A stretch of 64,000 nt of DNA, taken from positions 78,988,001 to 79,052,000 of the forward strand of contig OZ024743.1 of the NCBI GenBank assembly GCA_964016885.1, in the 5' to 3' direction. Source of the stretch: Eledone cirrhosa. Lineage: Eukaryota. Below are positions 10,997 through 25,272 of this stretch, one piece after another. The notes beneath the pieces were generated by a model. It was not told where the DNA came from. It saw only the letters and a program-made list of their open reading frames with translations, and did no database searches. Position numbers and translations under genes: made by a program. Position 1 is the first letter of the stretch; every line of letters starts with the position of its first letter.

Positions 10997-11562
10997 CATA
11001 CTTATTCCTTTATTCTGGTTTTTATTGTATATTTTTTGTTATTTGTCTCCTTTTCATTCTTTATTTTTCTAATTATTAATTAAACTTCTTCTAAATATAA
11101 ATTTTTAAATCCAATAATCTTGCTTTCATAAATTTTCAATCTCTACAACCTGACATATAATATATTACTTTAGGTTACTGTAAAGATATCTTCTAGAAAC
11201 TCTCTAAATCTCAATCTCTACAAACTGAAATATAATGTATTACTGTAGGTTACTGTAATGATATCTTCTAGAATCTCTCTAAATCTCACTCTCTACAACC
11301 TGACATATAACGTATTATTGCAGGTTACTTTATAGATATCTTCTAGAAACTCTCTGAATCTCACTCTCTATAATTTCAATCATCCAGTTGTCAACATAAT
11401 AGAACCTTCCTGTTATACTCAATGTATTTTACCAGGACCACAAAACAATAACATGACTATATCTCACTATAGAGTAGTAGATTTATGAACTAATTTGAAT
11501 TTAACATACGTAACATTAGTTAGTATAGCTTTTAAATATAATTTCATAATGAGAATAGTATG

Positions 11563-11645
11563 AGCACGATGGCCGAGTGGTTAAGGCGTTGGACTTAAGT
11601 TCCAATGGACAAATGTCCGCGTGGGTTCGAACCCCACTCGTGCTA
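11563..11645 (+). tRNA. trnL: tRNA-Leu(TAA)
   Basis: Exact consensus. Confidence 0.92.
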
Positions 11646-12462
11646 AATTATTTTTTCTTCAAGTTGTCATTTATTTTATTTATTCTATTGATTCCTGTGA
11701 ATGTATGGCTGAATATGCTTGGGCACCGGCTTCAGAAGATTTCGCTGAAAATATTGATCCGAGCACAATTGTTTTGTGAATCACGGGACCCCAACTGATT
11801 ATGAAACTCAGTTTAATCTGGTCAGTATTTTATACCGATCGCCGAGTGTTATTAGACATTATCACCTATGACCATATGACCACATGGGTTTCATCCAAAT
11901 TCAAGCTAGATACTTATTCCTTTATTCTGGTTTTTATTGTATATCTTTTGTTAATTTTCTCCTTTTCATTCTTTATTTTTCTAATTATTAATTAAACTTC
12001 TTCAAAATATAAATTTTTAAACCCAATAATCTTTCTTTCATAAATTTTCAGTCTCTACAAACTTACATATAATGTATTATTCTAGGTTACTTTAAAGATA
12101 TCTTCTAGAAACTCTCTAAATCTCAATCTCTACAACCTGACATATAATATATTACTTTAGGTTACTGTAAAGATATCTTCTAGAAACTCTCTAAACCTCA
12201 CTCTCTACAACCTGACATATAAAGTATTACTGCAGGTTACTTTATAGATATCTTCTAGTAACTCTCGAAATCTCACACTCTATAATTTCAGTCATCCAGT
12301 TGTCAAGATAATAGAACCTTCCTGTTATACTTAATCTATTTTACCAGGACCACAAAACAATAACATGACTATATCTCACTATAGAGTAGTAGATTTATGA
12401 ACTAATTTGAATTTAACATACGTAACATTAGTTAGTATAGCTTTTAAATTTTGAATAATATG

Positions 12463-12545
12463 AGCACGATGGCCGAGTGGTTAAGGCGTTGGACTTAAGT
12501 TCCAATGGACAAATGTCCGCGTGGGTTCGAACCCCACTCGTGCTA
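12463..12545 (+). tRNA. trnL: tRNA-Leu(TAA)
   Basis: Exact consensus. Confidence 0.92.
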
Positions 12546-13376
12546 AATTATATTTTCTTCAAGTTGTCATTTATTTTATTTATTCTATTGATTCCTGTGA
12601 TTGTACGGCTGAATATGCTTGGGCACCGCCTTCAGAAGTTTTCGCTGAAAATATTGATCCCAGCAAAAGTTTTTTTGTGAATCACGGGACCCCAACTGAT
12701 TATGAAACTCAGTATAATCTGGTCAGTATTTTATACCGATCGCCGAGTGTTATTAGACATTATCACTTATGACCAAATGACCACGTGGGTTTGATACAAA
12801 TTCAAGCTACATACTTATTCCTTTATTCTGGTTTTTATTGTATATTTTTTGTTATTTGTCTCCTTTTCATTCTTTATTTTTCTAATTATTAATTAAACTT
12901 CTTCAAAATATAAATTTTTAAATCCAATAATCTTGCTTTCATAAAATTTCAATCTCTACAAACTTACATATAATGTATTATTCTAGGTTACTTTAAAGAT
13001 ATCTTCTAGAAACTCTCTAAATCTCAATCTCTACAACCTGACATATAATATATTACTTTAGGTTACTGTAAAGATATCTTCTAGAAACACTCTAAATCTC
13101 ACTCTCTACAACCTGACATATAAAGTATTATTGCAGGTTACTTTATAGATAACTTTCTAGAAGCTCTCTAAATCTCACTCTCTATAATTTCAATCATCCA
13201 GTTGTCAACATAATAGAACCTTCCTGTTATACTCAATGTATTTTACCAGGACCACAAAACAATAACATGACTATATCTCACTATAGAGTAGTAGATTTAT
13301 GAACTAATTAGAATTTAACATACCTAACATTAGTTAGTATAGCTTTAAAATATAATTTCATATCTTGAATAATATG

Positions 13377-13459
13377 AGCACGATGGCCGAGTGGTTAAGG
13401 CGTTGGACTTAAGTTCCCATGGACAAATGACCACATGAGTTCGAACCCCACTCGTAATA
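13377..13459 (+). pseudogene. tRNA-Leu(TAA) pseudogene with ghost-like patch
   Basis: AAATGACCACATGAGTT replaces AAATGTCCGCGTGGGTT; acceptor 3' end CGTAATA. Confidence 0.8.
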
Positions 13460-14278
13460 AATTATATTTACTTCAAGTTGTCATTTATTTTATTGATTCT
13501 ATTGATTCCTGTGATTGTACGGCTGAATATGCTTGGGCACCGCCTTCAGAAGATTTCGCTGAAAATATTGATCCGAGCACAATTGCTTGGTGAATCACGG
13601 GACCCCAACTGATTATGAAACTCTGTTTAATCTGGTCAGTATTTTATACCGATCGCCGAGTGTTATTAGACATTATCACCTATGACCATATGACCACATG
13701 GGTTTGATCCAAATTCAAGCTACATACTTATTCCTTTATTCTGGTTTTTATTGTATATTTTTTTTGTTATTTGTCTCCTTTTCATTCTTTATTTTTCTAA
13801 TTATTAATTAAACTTCTTCAAAATATAAATTTTTAAATCCAATAATCTTTCTTTCATAAATTTTCAATCTCTACAAACTTACATATAATGTATTATTCTA
13901 GGTTAAATTAAAGATATCTTCTAGAAACTCTCTAAATTTCAATCTTTACAACCTGAAACATAATGTATTACTGTAGGTTACTGTAATGATATCTTCTAGA
14001 ATCTCTCTAAATCTCACTCTCTTCAACCTGACATATAAGGTATTACTGCAGGTTACTTTATAGATATCTTCTAGAAACTCTCTAAATCTCACACTCTATA
14101 ATTTCAATCATCCAGTTGTCAACATAATAGAACCTTCCTGTTATACTCAATGTATTTTACCAGGACCATAAAACAATAACATGACTATATCTCACTATAG
14201 AGTAGTAGATTTATGAACTAATTTGAATTTAACATACGTAACATTAGTTAGTATAGCTTTTAAGTTTTGAATAATATG

Positions 14279-14361
14279 AGCACGATGGCCGAGTGGTTAA
14301 GGCGTTGGACTTAAGTTCCAATAGACAAATGTCCGCGTGGGTTCGAACCCCACTCGTGTTA
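14279..14361 (+). tRNA. trnL: tRNA-Leu(TAA) variant
   Basis: One variable-arm mismatch, one acceptor G-U. Confidence 0.7.
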
Positions 14362-15180
14362 AATTATATTTTCTTCAAGTTGTCATTTATTTTATTTATT
14401 CTATTGATTCCTGTGATTGTATGGCTGAATATGCTTGGGCACCGCCTTCAGAAGTTTTCGCTGAAAACATTGATCCCAGCAAAATATTTTTGTGAATCAC
14501 GGGACCCCTACTGATTATGAAACTCAGTTTAATCTGGTCAGTATTTTATACCGATCGCCGAGTGTTATTAGACATTATCACTTATGACCAAATGACCACG
14601 TGGGTTTGATACAAATTCAAGCTACATACTTATTCCTTTATTCTGGTTTTTATTGTATATTTTTTGTTATTTGTCTCCTTTATTTTTCTAATTATTAATT
14701 AAACTTCTTCAAAATATAAATTTTTAAATCCAATAATCTTGCTTTCATAAATTTTCAATCTCTACAAACTTACATACAATGTATTGTTCTAGGTTACATT
14801 AAAGATATCTTCTAGAAACTCTCTAAATCTCAATCGATACAACCTGACATATAATATATTAGTTTAGGTTTCTGTAAAGATATCTTCTAGAAACTCTCTA
14901 AGTCTCACTCTCTACAACCTGACATATAAAGTATTACTGCAGGTTACTTTGTAGATATCTTCTAGAAACTCTCTAAATCTCACTCTCTATAATTTCAATC
15001 ATCCAGTTGTCAACATAATAGAACCTTCCTGTTATACTTAATGTATTTTACCGGGACCACAAAACAATAACATGACTATATCTCACTATAGAGTAGTAGA
15101 TTTATGAACTAATTTGAATTTAACATACGTAACATTAGTTAGTATAGCTTTTAAATATAATTTCTATTTTTAATAATATG

Positions 15181-15263
15181 AGCACGATGGCCGAGTGGTT
15201 AAGGCGTTGGACTTAAGTTCCAATGGACAAATGTCCGCGTGGGTTCGAACCCAACTCGTGCTA
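15181..15263 (+). tRNA. trnL: tRNA-Leu(TAA) variant
   Basis: One T-stem mismatch. Confidence 0.7.
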
Positions 15264-16092
15264 AATTATTTTTTCTCAAAGTTGTCATTTATTTTATTTA
15301 TTCTATTGATTCCTGTGACTGTACGGCTGAATATGCTTGGGCACCGCCTTCAGAAGATTTCGCTAAAAATATTGATCCGAGCACAATTGTTTTGTGAATC
15401 ACGGGACCCCAACAGATTATGAAACTCAGTTTAATCTGGTCCGTATTTTATACCGATCGCTGAGTGTTATTAGACATTATCACCTATGACCATATGACCA
15501 CATGGGTTTGATCCAAATTCAAGCTACATACTTATTCCTTTATTCTGGTTTTTATTGTATATTTTTTGTTATTTGTCTCCTTTTCATTCTATATTTTTCT
15601 AATTATTAATTAAACTTCTTCAAAATATAAATTTTTAAATCCAATAATCTTGCTTTCATAAATTTTCAATCTCTACAAACTTACATACAATGTATTGTTC
15701 TAGGTTACTTTAAAGATATCTTCTAGAAACTCTCTAAATCTCAATCGATACAACCTGACATATAATATATTACTTTAGGTTTCTGTAAAGATATCTTCTA
15801 GAAACTCTCTAAATCTCACTCTCTACAACCTGACATATAAAGTATTACTGCAGGTTACTTTATAGATATCTTCTAGAAACTCTCTAAATCTCACTCTCTA
15901 TAATTTCAATCATCCAGTTGTCAACATAATAGAACCTTCCAGTTATACTTAATGTATTTTACCAGGACCACAAAACAATAACATGACTATATCTCACTAT
16001 AGAGTAGTAGATTTATGAACTAATTTGAATTTAACATACGTAACATTAGTTAGTATAGCTTTTAAATATAATTTCATATTATGAATAATATG

Positions 16093-16175
16093 AGCACGAT
16101 GGCCGAATGGTTAAGGCGTTGGACTTAAGTTCCAATGGACAAATGTCCGCGTGGGTTCGAACCCCACTCGTGCTA
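16093..16175 (+). tRNA. trnL: tRNA-Leu(TAA) variant
   Basis: Single D-loop G15A change. Confidence 0.8.
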
Positions 16176-17003
16176 AATTACATTTTCTTCAAGTTGTCAT
16201 TTATTTTATTTATGCTATTGATTCCTGTGAATGTACGGCTGAATATGCTTGGGCACCGCCTTCGGAATATTTCGCTGAAAATATTGATCCGAGCACAATT
16301 GTTTTGTGAATCACGGGACCCCAACAGATTATGAAACTCAGTTTAATCTGGTCAGTATTTTATACCGATCGCCGAATGTTATTAGACATTATCACCTATG
16401 ACCAAATGACCACATGGGTTTGATCCAAATTCAAGCTACATACTTATTCCTTTATTCTGGTTTTTATTGTATATTTTTTGTTATTTGTCTCCGTTTCATT
16501 CTTTATTTTTCTAATTATTAATTACACTTCTTCAAAATATAAATTTTTGAATACAATAATCTTGCTTTCATAAATTTTCAATCTCTACAAACTTACATAT
16601 AATGTATTATTCTAGGTTAAATTAAAGATATCTTCTAGAAACTCTCTAAATTTCAATGTTTACAACCTGAAACATAATGTATTACTGTAGGTTTCTGTAA
16701 TGATATCTTCTAGAATCTCTCTAAATCTCACTCTCTTCAACCTGACATATAAGGTATTACTGCATATTACTTTATAGATATCTTCTAGAAACTCTCTAAA
16801 TCTCACACTCTATAATTTCAGTCATCCAGTTGTCAACATAATAGAACCTTCCTGTTATACTTAATGTATTTTACCAAGACCATAAAACAATAACATGACT
16901 ATATCTCACTATAGAGTAGTAGATTTATGAACTAATTTGAATTTAACATACGTAACATTAGTTAGTATAGCTTTTAAATATAATTTCTATCTTGAATAAT
17001 ATG

Positions 17004-17086
17004 AGCACGATGGCCGAGTGGTTAAGGCGTTGGACTTAAGTTCCAATGGACAAATGTCCGCGTCGTTTCGAACCCCACTCGCGCTT
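17004..17086 (+). pseudogene. tRNA-Leu(TAA) pseudogene
   Basis: T-stem/B box GTCGTTTCG, acceptor mismatch, discriminator T. Confidence 0.75.
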
Positions 17087-17838
17087 TATTATTTTTTCTT
17101 CAAGTTGTCATTTATCTTATTGTTTCTATTGATTCCTGTGATTGTACGGCTGAATATGCTTGGGCACCGCCTTCAGAAATTTTCGCTGAAAATATTGATC
17201 CGAGCACAATTGTTTTGTGAATCACGGGACCCCAACTGATTATGAAACTCAGTTTAATCTGGTCAGTATTTTATACCGATCGCCCAGTGTTATTAGACAT
17301 TATCACCTATGGCCAAACGACCACTGGCTTTGATCCAAATTCAAGCTACATACTTATTCCTTTATTCTGGTTTTTATTGTATATTTTTTGTTATTTGTCT
17401 CCTTTTCATTCTTTATTTTTCTAATTATTAATTACACTTCTTCAAAATATAAATTTTTAAATCCAATAATCTTGCTTTCATAAATTTTCAATCTCTACAA
17501 ACTTACATATAATATATTACTTTAGGTTACTGTAAAGATATCTTCTAGAAACTCTCTAAATCTCACTCTCTACAACCTGACATATAAAGTATTATTGCAG
17601 GTTACTTTATAGATATCTTCTAGAAACTCTCTAAATCTGACTCTCTATAATTTCAATCATCAAGTTGTCAACATAATAGAACCTTCCTGTTATACTTAAT
17701 GTATTTTACCAGGACCACAAAACAATAACATGACTATATCTCACTATAGAGTAGTAGATTTATGAACTAATTTGAATTTAACATACGTAATATTAGTTAG
17801 TATAGCATTTAAATATAATTTCTATTTTGAATAATATG

Positions 17839-17921
17839 AGCACGATGGCCGAGTGGTTAAGGCGTTGTACTTAAGTTCCAATGGACAAATGTCCGCGTGG
17901 GTTCGAACCCCACTCGTGCTA
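17839..17921 (+). tRNA. trnL: tRNA-Leu(TAA) variant
   Basis: One anticodon-stem mismatch (TTGTA). Confidence 0.7.
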
Positions 17922-18133
17922 AGTTATTTTTTCTTCAAGTTGTCATTTATTTTATTTATTCTATTGATTCCTGTGACTGTATGGCTGAATATGCTTGGGC
18001 ACGGCCTTCAGAAGATTTCGTTAAAAATATTGATCCGAGCACAATTGCTTGGTGAATCACGGCACCCCAACTGATTATGAAACTCAGTTTAATCTGGTCA
18101 GTATTTTATACCGATCGCCGAGTGTTATTAGAC

Positions 18134-18285
18134 ACGCCATGCTTTCCAGCATAGTTGCATCCCTTTACGATCTGAGTTCAAATCCCGCCGAGGTTGACTT
18201 TGCCTTTCATCCTTACGGGGTCGATAAAATAAAGTACCAGTAATGCACTGGGTATTTGCTGGCCTTGTGCCTAAAGTAGAAACAC
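18134..18285 (+). mobile_element. tRNA-derived SINE, copy 3 (5'-truncated)
   Basis: Closely similar to 7034-7183; flanked by TTATTAGACA / TTATAAGACA within the ghost tRNA. Confidence 0.85.
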
Positions 18286-18899
18286 TTATAAGACATTATC
18301 ACCTATGACCAAATGACCACATGGGTTTGATCCAAATTCAAGCTACATACTTATTCCTTTATTCTGGTTTTTATTGTATATTTTTTGTTATTTGTCTCCT
18401 TTTCATTCTTTATTTTTCTAATTATTAATTAAACTTCTTCAAAATATAAATTTTTAAATCCAATAATCTTGCTTTCATAAATGTTCAATCTCTACAAACT
18501 TACATATAATGTATTATTCTAGGTTACATTAAAGATATCTTCTAGAAACTCTCTAAATCTCAATCGATACAACCTGACATATAATATATTACTTTAGGTT
18601 TCTGTAAAGATATCTTCTAGAAACTCTCTAAATCTCACTCTCTACAACCTGACATATAAAGTATTACTGCAGGTTACTTTATAGATATCTTCTAGAAACT
18701 CTCTAAATCTCACTCTCTATAATTTCAATCATCCAGTTGTCAACATAATAGAACCTTCCTGTTATACTTAATGTATTTTACCAGGACCACAAAACAATAA
18801 CATGACTATATCTCACTATAGAGTAGTAGATTTATGAACTAATTTGAATTTAACATACGTAACATTAGTTAGTATAGCTTTTAAATTTTGAATAATATG

Positions 18900-18982
18900 A
18901 GCACGATGGCCGAGTGGTTAAGGCGTTGGACTTAAGTTCCAATGGACAAATGTCCGCGTGGGTTCGAACCCCACTCGTGCTA
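18900..18982 (+). tRNA. trnL: tRNA-Leu(TAA)
   Basis: Exact consensus. Confidence 0.92.
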
Positions 18983-19812
18983 AATTATATTTTCTTCAAG
19001 TTGTCATTTATTTTATTTATTCTATTGATTCCTGTGATTGTACGGCTGAATATGCTTGGGCACCGCCTTCAGAAGTTTTCGCTGAAAATATTGATCCCAG
19101 CAAAAGTTTTTTTGTGAATCACGGGACCCCAACTGATTATGAAACTCAGTATAATCTGGTCAGTATTTTATACCGATCGCCGAGTGTTATTAGACATTAT
19201 CACTTATGACCAAATGACCACGTGGGTTTGATACAAATTCAAGCTACATACTTATTCCTTTATTCTGGTTTTTATTGTATATTTTTTGTTATTTGTCTCC
19301 TTTTCATTCTTTATTTTTCTAATTATTAATTAAACTTCTTCAAAATATAAATTTTTAAATCCAATAATCTTGCTTTCATAAAATTTCAATCTCTACAAAC
19401 TTACATATAATGTATTATTCTAGGTTACTTTAAAGATATCTTCTAGAAACTCTCTAAATCTCAATCTCTACAACCTGACATATAATATATTACTTTAGGT
19501 TACTGTAAAGATATCTTCTAGAAACACTCTAAATCTCACTCTCTACAACCTGACATATAAAGTATTATTGCAGGTTACTTTATAGATAACTTTCTAGAAG
19601 CTCTCTAAATCTCACTCTCTATAATTTCAATCATCCAGTTGTCAACATAATAGAACCTTCCTGTTATACTCAATGTATTTTACCAGGACCACAAAACAAT
19701 AACATGACTATATCTCACTATAGAGTAGTAGATTTATGAACTAATTTGAATTTAACATACGTAATATTAGTTAGTATAGCTTTTAAATATAATTTCTACT
19801 TTGAATAACATG

Positions 19813-19895
19813 AGCACGATGGCCGAGTGGTTAAGGCGTTGGACTTAAGTTCCAATGGACAAATGTCCGCGTGGGTTCGAACCCCACTCGTGCTA
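19813..19895 (+). tRNA. trnL: tRNA-Leu(TAA)
   Basis: Exact consensus. Confidence 0.92.
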
Positions 19896-20649
19896 AATTC
19901 TTTTTTCTCAAAGTTGTCATTTATTTTATTTATTCTATTCATTCCTGTGACTGTATGGCTGAATATGCTTGGGCCCCGCCTTCAGAAGATTTCGTTAAAA
20001 ATATTGATCCGAGCACAATTGCTTGGTGAATCACTGGACCCCAACTGATTATGAAACTCAGTTTAATCTGGTCAGTATTTTATACCGATCGCCGAGTGTT
20101 ATTAGACATTATCACCTATGACCATATGACCACATGGGTTTGATCCAAATTCAAGCTACATACTTATTCCTTTATTCTGGTTTTTATTGTATATTATTTG
20201 TTATTTGTCTCCTTTTCATTCTTTATTTTTCTAATTATTAATTAAACTTCTTCAAAATATAAATTTTTAAATCCAATAATCTTGCTTTCATAAATTTTCA
20301 ATCTCTACAAACTTACATATAATATATTACTTTAGGTTACTGTAAAGATATCTTCTAGAAACTCTCTAAATCTCACTCTCTACAACCTGTCATATAAAGT
20401 ATTACTGCAGGTTACTTTATAGATATCTTCTAGTAACTCTCTAAATTTCACACTCTATAATTTCAGTCATCCAGTTGTCAACATAATAGAACCTTCCTGT
20501 TATACTTAATGTATTTTACCAGGACCACAAAACAATAACATGACTATATCTCACTATAGTGTAGTAGATTTATGAACTAATTTGAATTTAACATACGTAA
20601 CATTAGTTAGTATAGCTTTTAAATATAATTTCATATTTAGAATAATATG

Positions 20650-20732
20650 AGCACGATGGCCGAGTGGTTAAGGCGTTGTACTTAAGTTCCAATGGACAAA
20701 TGTCCGCGTGGGTTCGAACCCCACTTGTGCTA
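20650..20732 (+). tRNA. trnL: tRNA-Leu(TAA) variant
   Basis: Anticodon-stem mismatch plus acceptor G-U. Confidence 0.65.
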
Positions 20733-21561
20733 AATTATTTTTTCTTCAAGTTGTCATTTATTTTATTTATTCTATCGATTCCTGTGATTGTACGGCTGAA
20801 TATGCTTGAGCAACGTCTTCAGAAGTTTTCGCTGAAAATATTGATCAGAGCACAATTTTTTTTTGTGAATCACGCGACCCCAACTGATTATGAAGCTCAG
20901 TTTAATCTGGTCAGTATTTTATACCAATCGCCGAGTGTTATTAGACATTATCACATATGACCAAATGAGCACATGGGTTTGATCAGAATTCAAGCTACAT
21001 ACTTATTCCTTTATTCTGGTTTTATTGTATATTTTTTGTTATTTGTCTCCTTTTCATTCTTTATTTTTCTAATTATTAATTAAACTTCTTCAAAATATAA
21101 ATTTTTGAATACAATAATCTTGCTTTCATAAATTTTCAATCTCTACAAACTTACATATAATGTATTATTCTAGGTTAAAGTAAAGATATCTTCTAGAAAC
21201 TCTCTAAATTTCAATGTTTACAACCTGAAACATAATGTATTACTGTAGGTTACTGTAATGATATCTTCTAGAATCTCTCTAAATCTCACTCTCTTCAACC
21301 TGACATATAAGGTATTACTGCAGGTTACTTTATAGATATCTTCTAGAAACCCTCTAAATCTCACACTCTATAATTTCAATCATCCAGTTGTCAATACAAT
21401 AGAACCTTCCTGTTATACTTAATGTATATTACCAAGTCCATAAAACAATAACATGACTATATCTCACTATAGAGTAGTAGATTCATGAACTAATTTGAAT
21501 TTAACATACGTAACATTAGTTAGTATAGCTTTTAAATATAATTTCTATCTTGAATAATATG

Positions 21562-21644
21562 AGCACGATGGCCGAGTGGTTAAGGCGTTGGACTTAAGTT
21601 CCAATGAACAAATGTCCGCGTGGGTTCGAACCCCACTCGCGCAT
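21562..21644 (+). pseudogene. tRNA-Leu(TAA) pseudogene
   Basis: Acceptor 3' strand TCGCGCA-T, variable-arm mismatch. Confidence 0.7.
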
Positions 21645-22461
21645 AATTACATTTTCTTCAAGTTGTCATTTATCTTATTTTTTCTATTGATTCCTGTGAT
21701 TGTACGGCTGAATATGCTTGGGCACCGCCTTCAGAAATTTTCGCTGAAAATATTGATCCGAGCACAATTTCTTTGTGAATCACGGGACCCCAACTGATTA
21801 TGAAACTCAGTTTAATCTGGTCAGTATTTTATACCGATCGCCCAGTGTTATTAGACATTATCACCTATGACCAAACGACCACTTGGCTTTGATCCAAATT
21901 CAAGCTACATACTTATTCCTTTATTCTGGTTTTTATTGTATATTTTTTGTTATTTGTCTCCTTTTCATTCTTTATTTTTCTAATTATTAATTACACTTCT
22001 TCAAAATATAAATTTTTAAATCCAATAATCTTGCTTTCATAAATTTTCAATCTCTACAAACTTACATATAATGTATTATTCTAGGTTACTTTAAAGATAT
22101 TTTCTAGAAACTCTCTAAATCTCAATCTCTACAACCTGACATATAATATATTACTTTAGGTTACTGTAAAGATATCTTCTAGAAACACTCTAAATCTCAC
22201 TCTCTACAACCTGACATATAAAGTATTATTGCAGGTTACTTTATAGATATCTTCTAGAAGCTCTCTAAATCTCACTCTCTATAATTTCAATCATCCAGTT
22301 GTCAACATAATAGAACCTTCCTGTTATACTTAATGTATTTTACCGGGACCACAAAACAATAACATGACTATATCTCACTATAGAGTAGTAGATTTATGAA
22401 CTAATTTGAATTTAACATACGTAACATTAGTTAGTATAGCTTTTAAATTTTGAATAATATG

Positions 22462-22544
22462 AGCACGATGGCCGAGTGGTTAAGGCGTTGGACTTAAGTT
22501 CCAATGGACAATTGTCCGCGTGGGTTCGAACCCCACTCGTGCTA
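22462..22544 (+). tRNA. trnL: tRNA-Leu(TAA)
   Basis: Only a variable-loop change. Confidence 0.88.
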
Positions 22545-23376
22545 AATTATATTTTCTTCAAGTTGTCATTTATTTTATTTATTCTATTGATTCCTGTGAT
22601 TGTACGTCTGAATATGCTTGGGCACCGCCTTCAGAAGTTTTCGCTGAAAATATTGATCCCAGCAAAAGTTTTTTTGTGAATCACGGGACCCCAACTGATT
22701 ATGAAACTCAGTTTAATCTGGTCAGTATTTTATACCGATCGCCGAGTGTTATTAGACATTATCACTTATGACCAAATGACCACGTGGGTTTGATACAAAT
22801 TCAAGCTACATACTTATTCCTTTATTCTGGTTTTTATTGTATATTTTTTTGTTATTTGTCTCCTTTTCATTCTTTATTTTTCTAATTATTAATTAAACTT
22901 CTTCAAAATATAAATTTTTAAATCCAATAATCTTGCTTTCATAAAATTTCAATCTCTACAAACTTACATATAATGTATTATTCTAGGTTACTTTAAAGAT
23001 ATCTTCTAGAAACTCTCTAAATCTCAATCTCTACAACCTGACATATAATATATTACTTTAGGTTACTGTAAAGATATCTTCTAGAAACACTCTAAATCTC
23101 ACTCTCTACAACCTGACATATAAAGTATTATTGCAGGTTACTTTATAGATATCTTTCTAGAAGCTCTCTAAATCTCACTCTCTATAATTTCAATCATCCA
23201 GTTGTCAACATAATAGAACCTTCCTGTTATACTCAATGTATTTTACCAGGACCACAAAACAATAACATGACTATATCTCACTATAGAGTAGTAGATTTAT
23301 GAACTAATTTGAATTTAACATACGTAACATTAGTTAGTATAGCTTTTAAATATAATTTCATATTGTGAATGATATG

Positions 23377-23459
23377 AGCACGATGGCCGAGTGGTTAAGG
23401 CGTTGTACTTATGATCCAATGGACAAATGTCCGTGTGGGTTCGAACCCCACTCGTGCCA
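23377..23459 (+). pseudogene. tRNA-Leu body with TAT anticodon
   Basis: Arm reads TTGTA-CT-TAT-GA-TCCAA; 1-72 mismatch. Confidence 0.75.
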
Positions 23460-24277
23460 TATTTTTTTTTCTCAAAGTTGTCATTTATTTTATTTATTCA
23501 ATTGATTCCTGTGACTGTATGGCTGAATATGCTTGGGCACCGCCTTCAGAAGATTTCGTTAAAAATATTGATCCGAGCACAATTGCTTGGTGAATCACTG
23601 GACCCCAACTGATTATGAAACTCAGTTTAATCTGGTCAGTATTTTATACCGATCGCCGAGTGTTATTAGACATTATCACCTATGACCATATGACCACATG
23701 GGTTTGATCCAAATTCAAGCTACATACTTATTCCTTTATTCTGGTTTTTATTGTATATTTTTTGTTATTTGTCTCCTTTTCATTCTTTATTTTTCTAATT
23801 ATTAATTAAACTTCTTCAAAATATAAATTTTTAAATCCAATAATCTTGCTTTCAAAAATGTTCAATCTCTACAAACTTATATATAATGTATTATACTAGG
23901 TTACTTTAAAGTTATCTTCTAGAAACTCTCTAAATCTCAATCTCTACAACCTGACATATAATATATTACTTTAGGTTACTGTAAAGATATCTTCTAGAAA
24001 CTCTCTAAATCTCACTCTCTACAACCTGACATATAAAGTATTATTGCAGGTTACTTTATAGATAACTTTCTAGAAGCTCTCTAAATCTCACTCTCTATAA
24101 TTTCAATCATCCAGTTGTCAACATAATAGAACCTTCCTGTTATACTCAATGTATTTTACCAGGACCATAAAACAATAACATGACTATATCTCACTATAGA
24201 GTAGTAGATTTATGAACTAATTTGAATTTAACATACGTAACATTAGTTAGTATAGCTTTTAAATTTTGAATAATATG

Positions 24278-24360
24278 AGCACGATGGCCGAGTGGTTAAG
24301 GCGTTGGACTTAAGTTCCAATGGACAAATGTCCGCGTGGGTTCGAACCCCACTCGTGCTA
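24278..24360 (+). tRNA. trnL: tRNA-Leu(TAA)
   Basis: Exact consensus. Confidence 0.92.
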
Positions 24361-25189
24361 AATTATTTTTTCTCAAAGTTGTCATTTATTTTATTTATTC
24401 TATTGATTCCTGTGACTGTATGGCTGAATATGCTTGGGCACCGCCTTCAGAAGATTTCGTTAAAAATATTGATCCGAGCACAATTGCTTGGTGAATCACT
24501 GGACCCCAACTGATTATGAAACTCAGTTTAATCTGGTCAGTATTTTATACCGATCGCCGAGTGTTATTAGACATTATCACTTATGACCAAATGACCACGT
24601 GGGTTTGATACAAATTCAAGCTACATACTTATTCCTTTATTCTGGTTTTTATTGTATATTTTTTGTTATTTGTCTCCTTTTCATTCTTTATTTTTCTAAT
24701 TATTAATTAAACCTCTTCAAAATATAAATTTTTAAATCCAATAATCTTGCTTTCATAAAATTTCAATCTCTACAAACTTACATATAATGTATTATTCTAG
24801 GTTACTTTAAAGATATCTTCTAGAAACTCTCTAAATCTCAATCTCTACAACCTGACATATAATATATTACTTTAGGTTACTGTAAAGATATCTTCTAGAA
24901 ACACTCTAAATCATACTCTCTACAACCTGACATATAAAGTATTATTGCAGGTTACTTTATAGATATCTTTCTAGAAGCTCTCTAAATCTCACTCTCTATA
25001 ATTTCAATCATCCAGTTGTCAACATAATAGAACCTTCCTGTTATACTCAATGTATTTTACCAGGACCACAAAACAATAACATGACTATATCTCACTATAG
25101 AGTAGTAGATTTATGAACTAATTTGAATTTAACATACGTAACATTAGTTAGTATAGCTTTTAAATATAATTTCTACTTTGAATAATATG

Positions 25190-25272
25190 AGCACGATGGC
25201 CGAGTGGTTAAGGCGTTGGACTTAAGTTCCAATGGACAAATGTCCGCGTGGGTTCGAACCCCGTTCGTACTA
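25190..25272 (+). tRNA. trnL: tRNA-Leu(TAA) variant
   Basis: Two T-stem G-U pairs, one acceptor mismatch. Confidence 0.6.
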
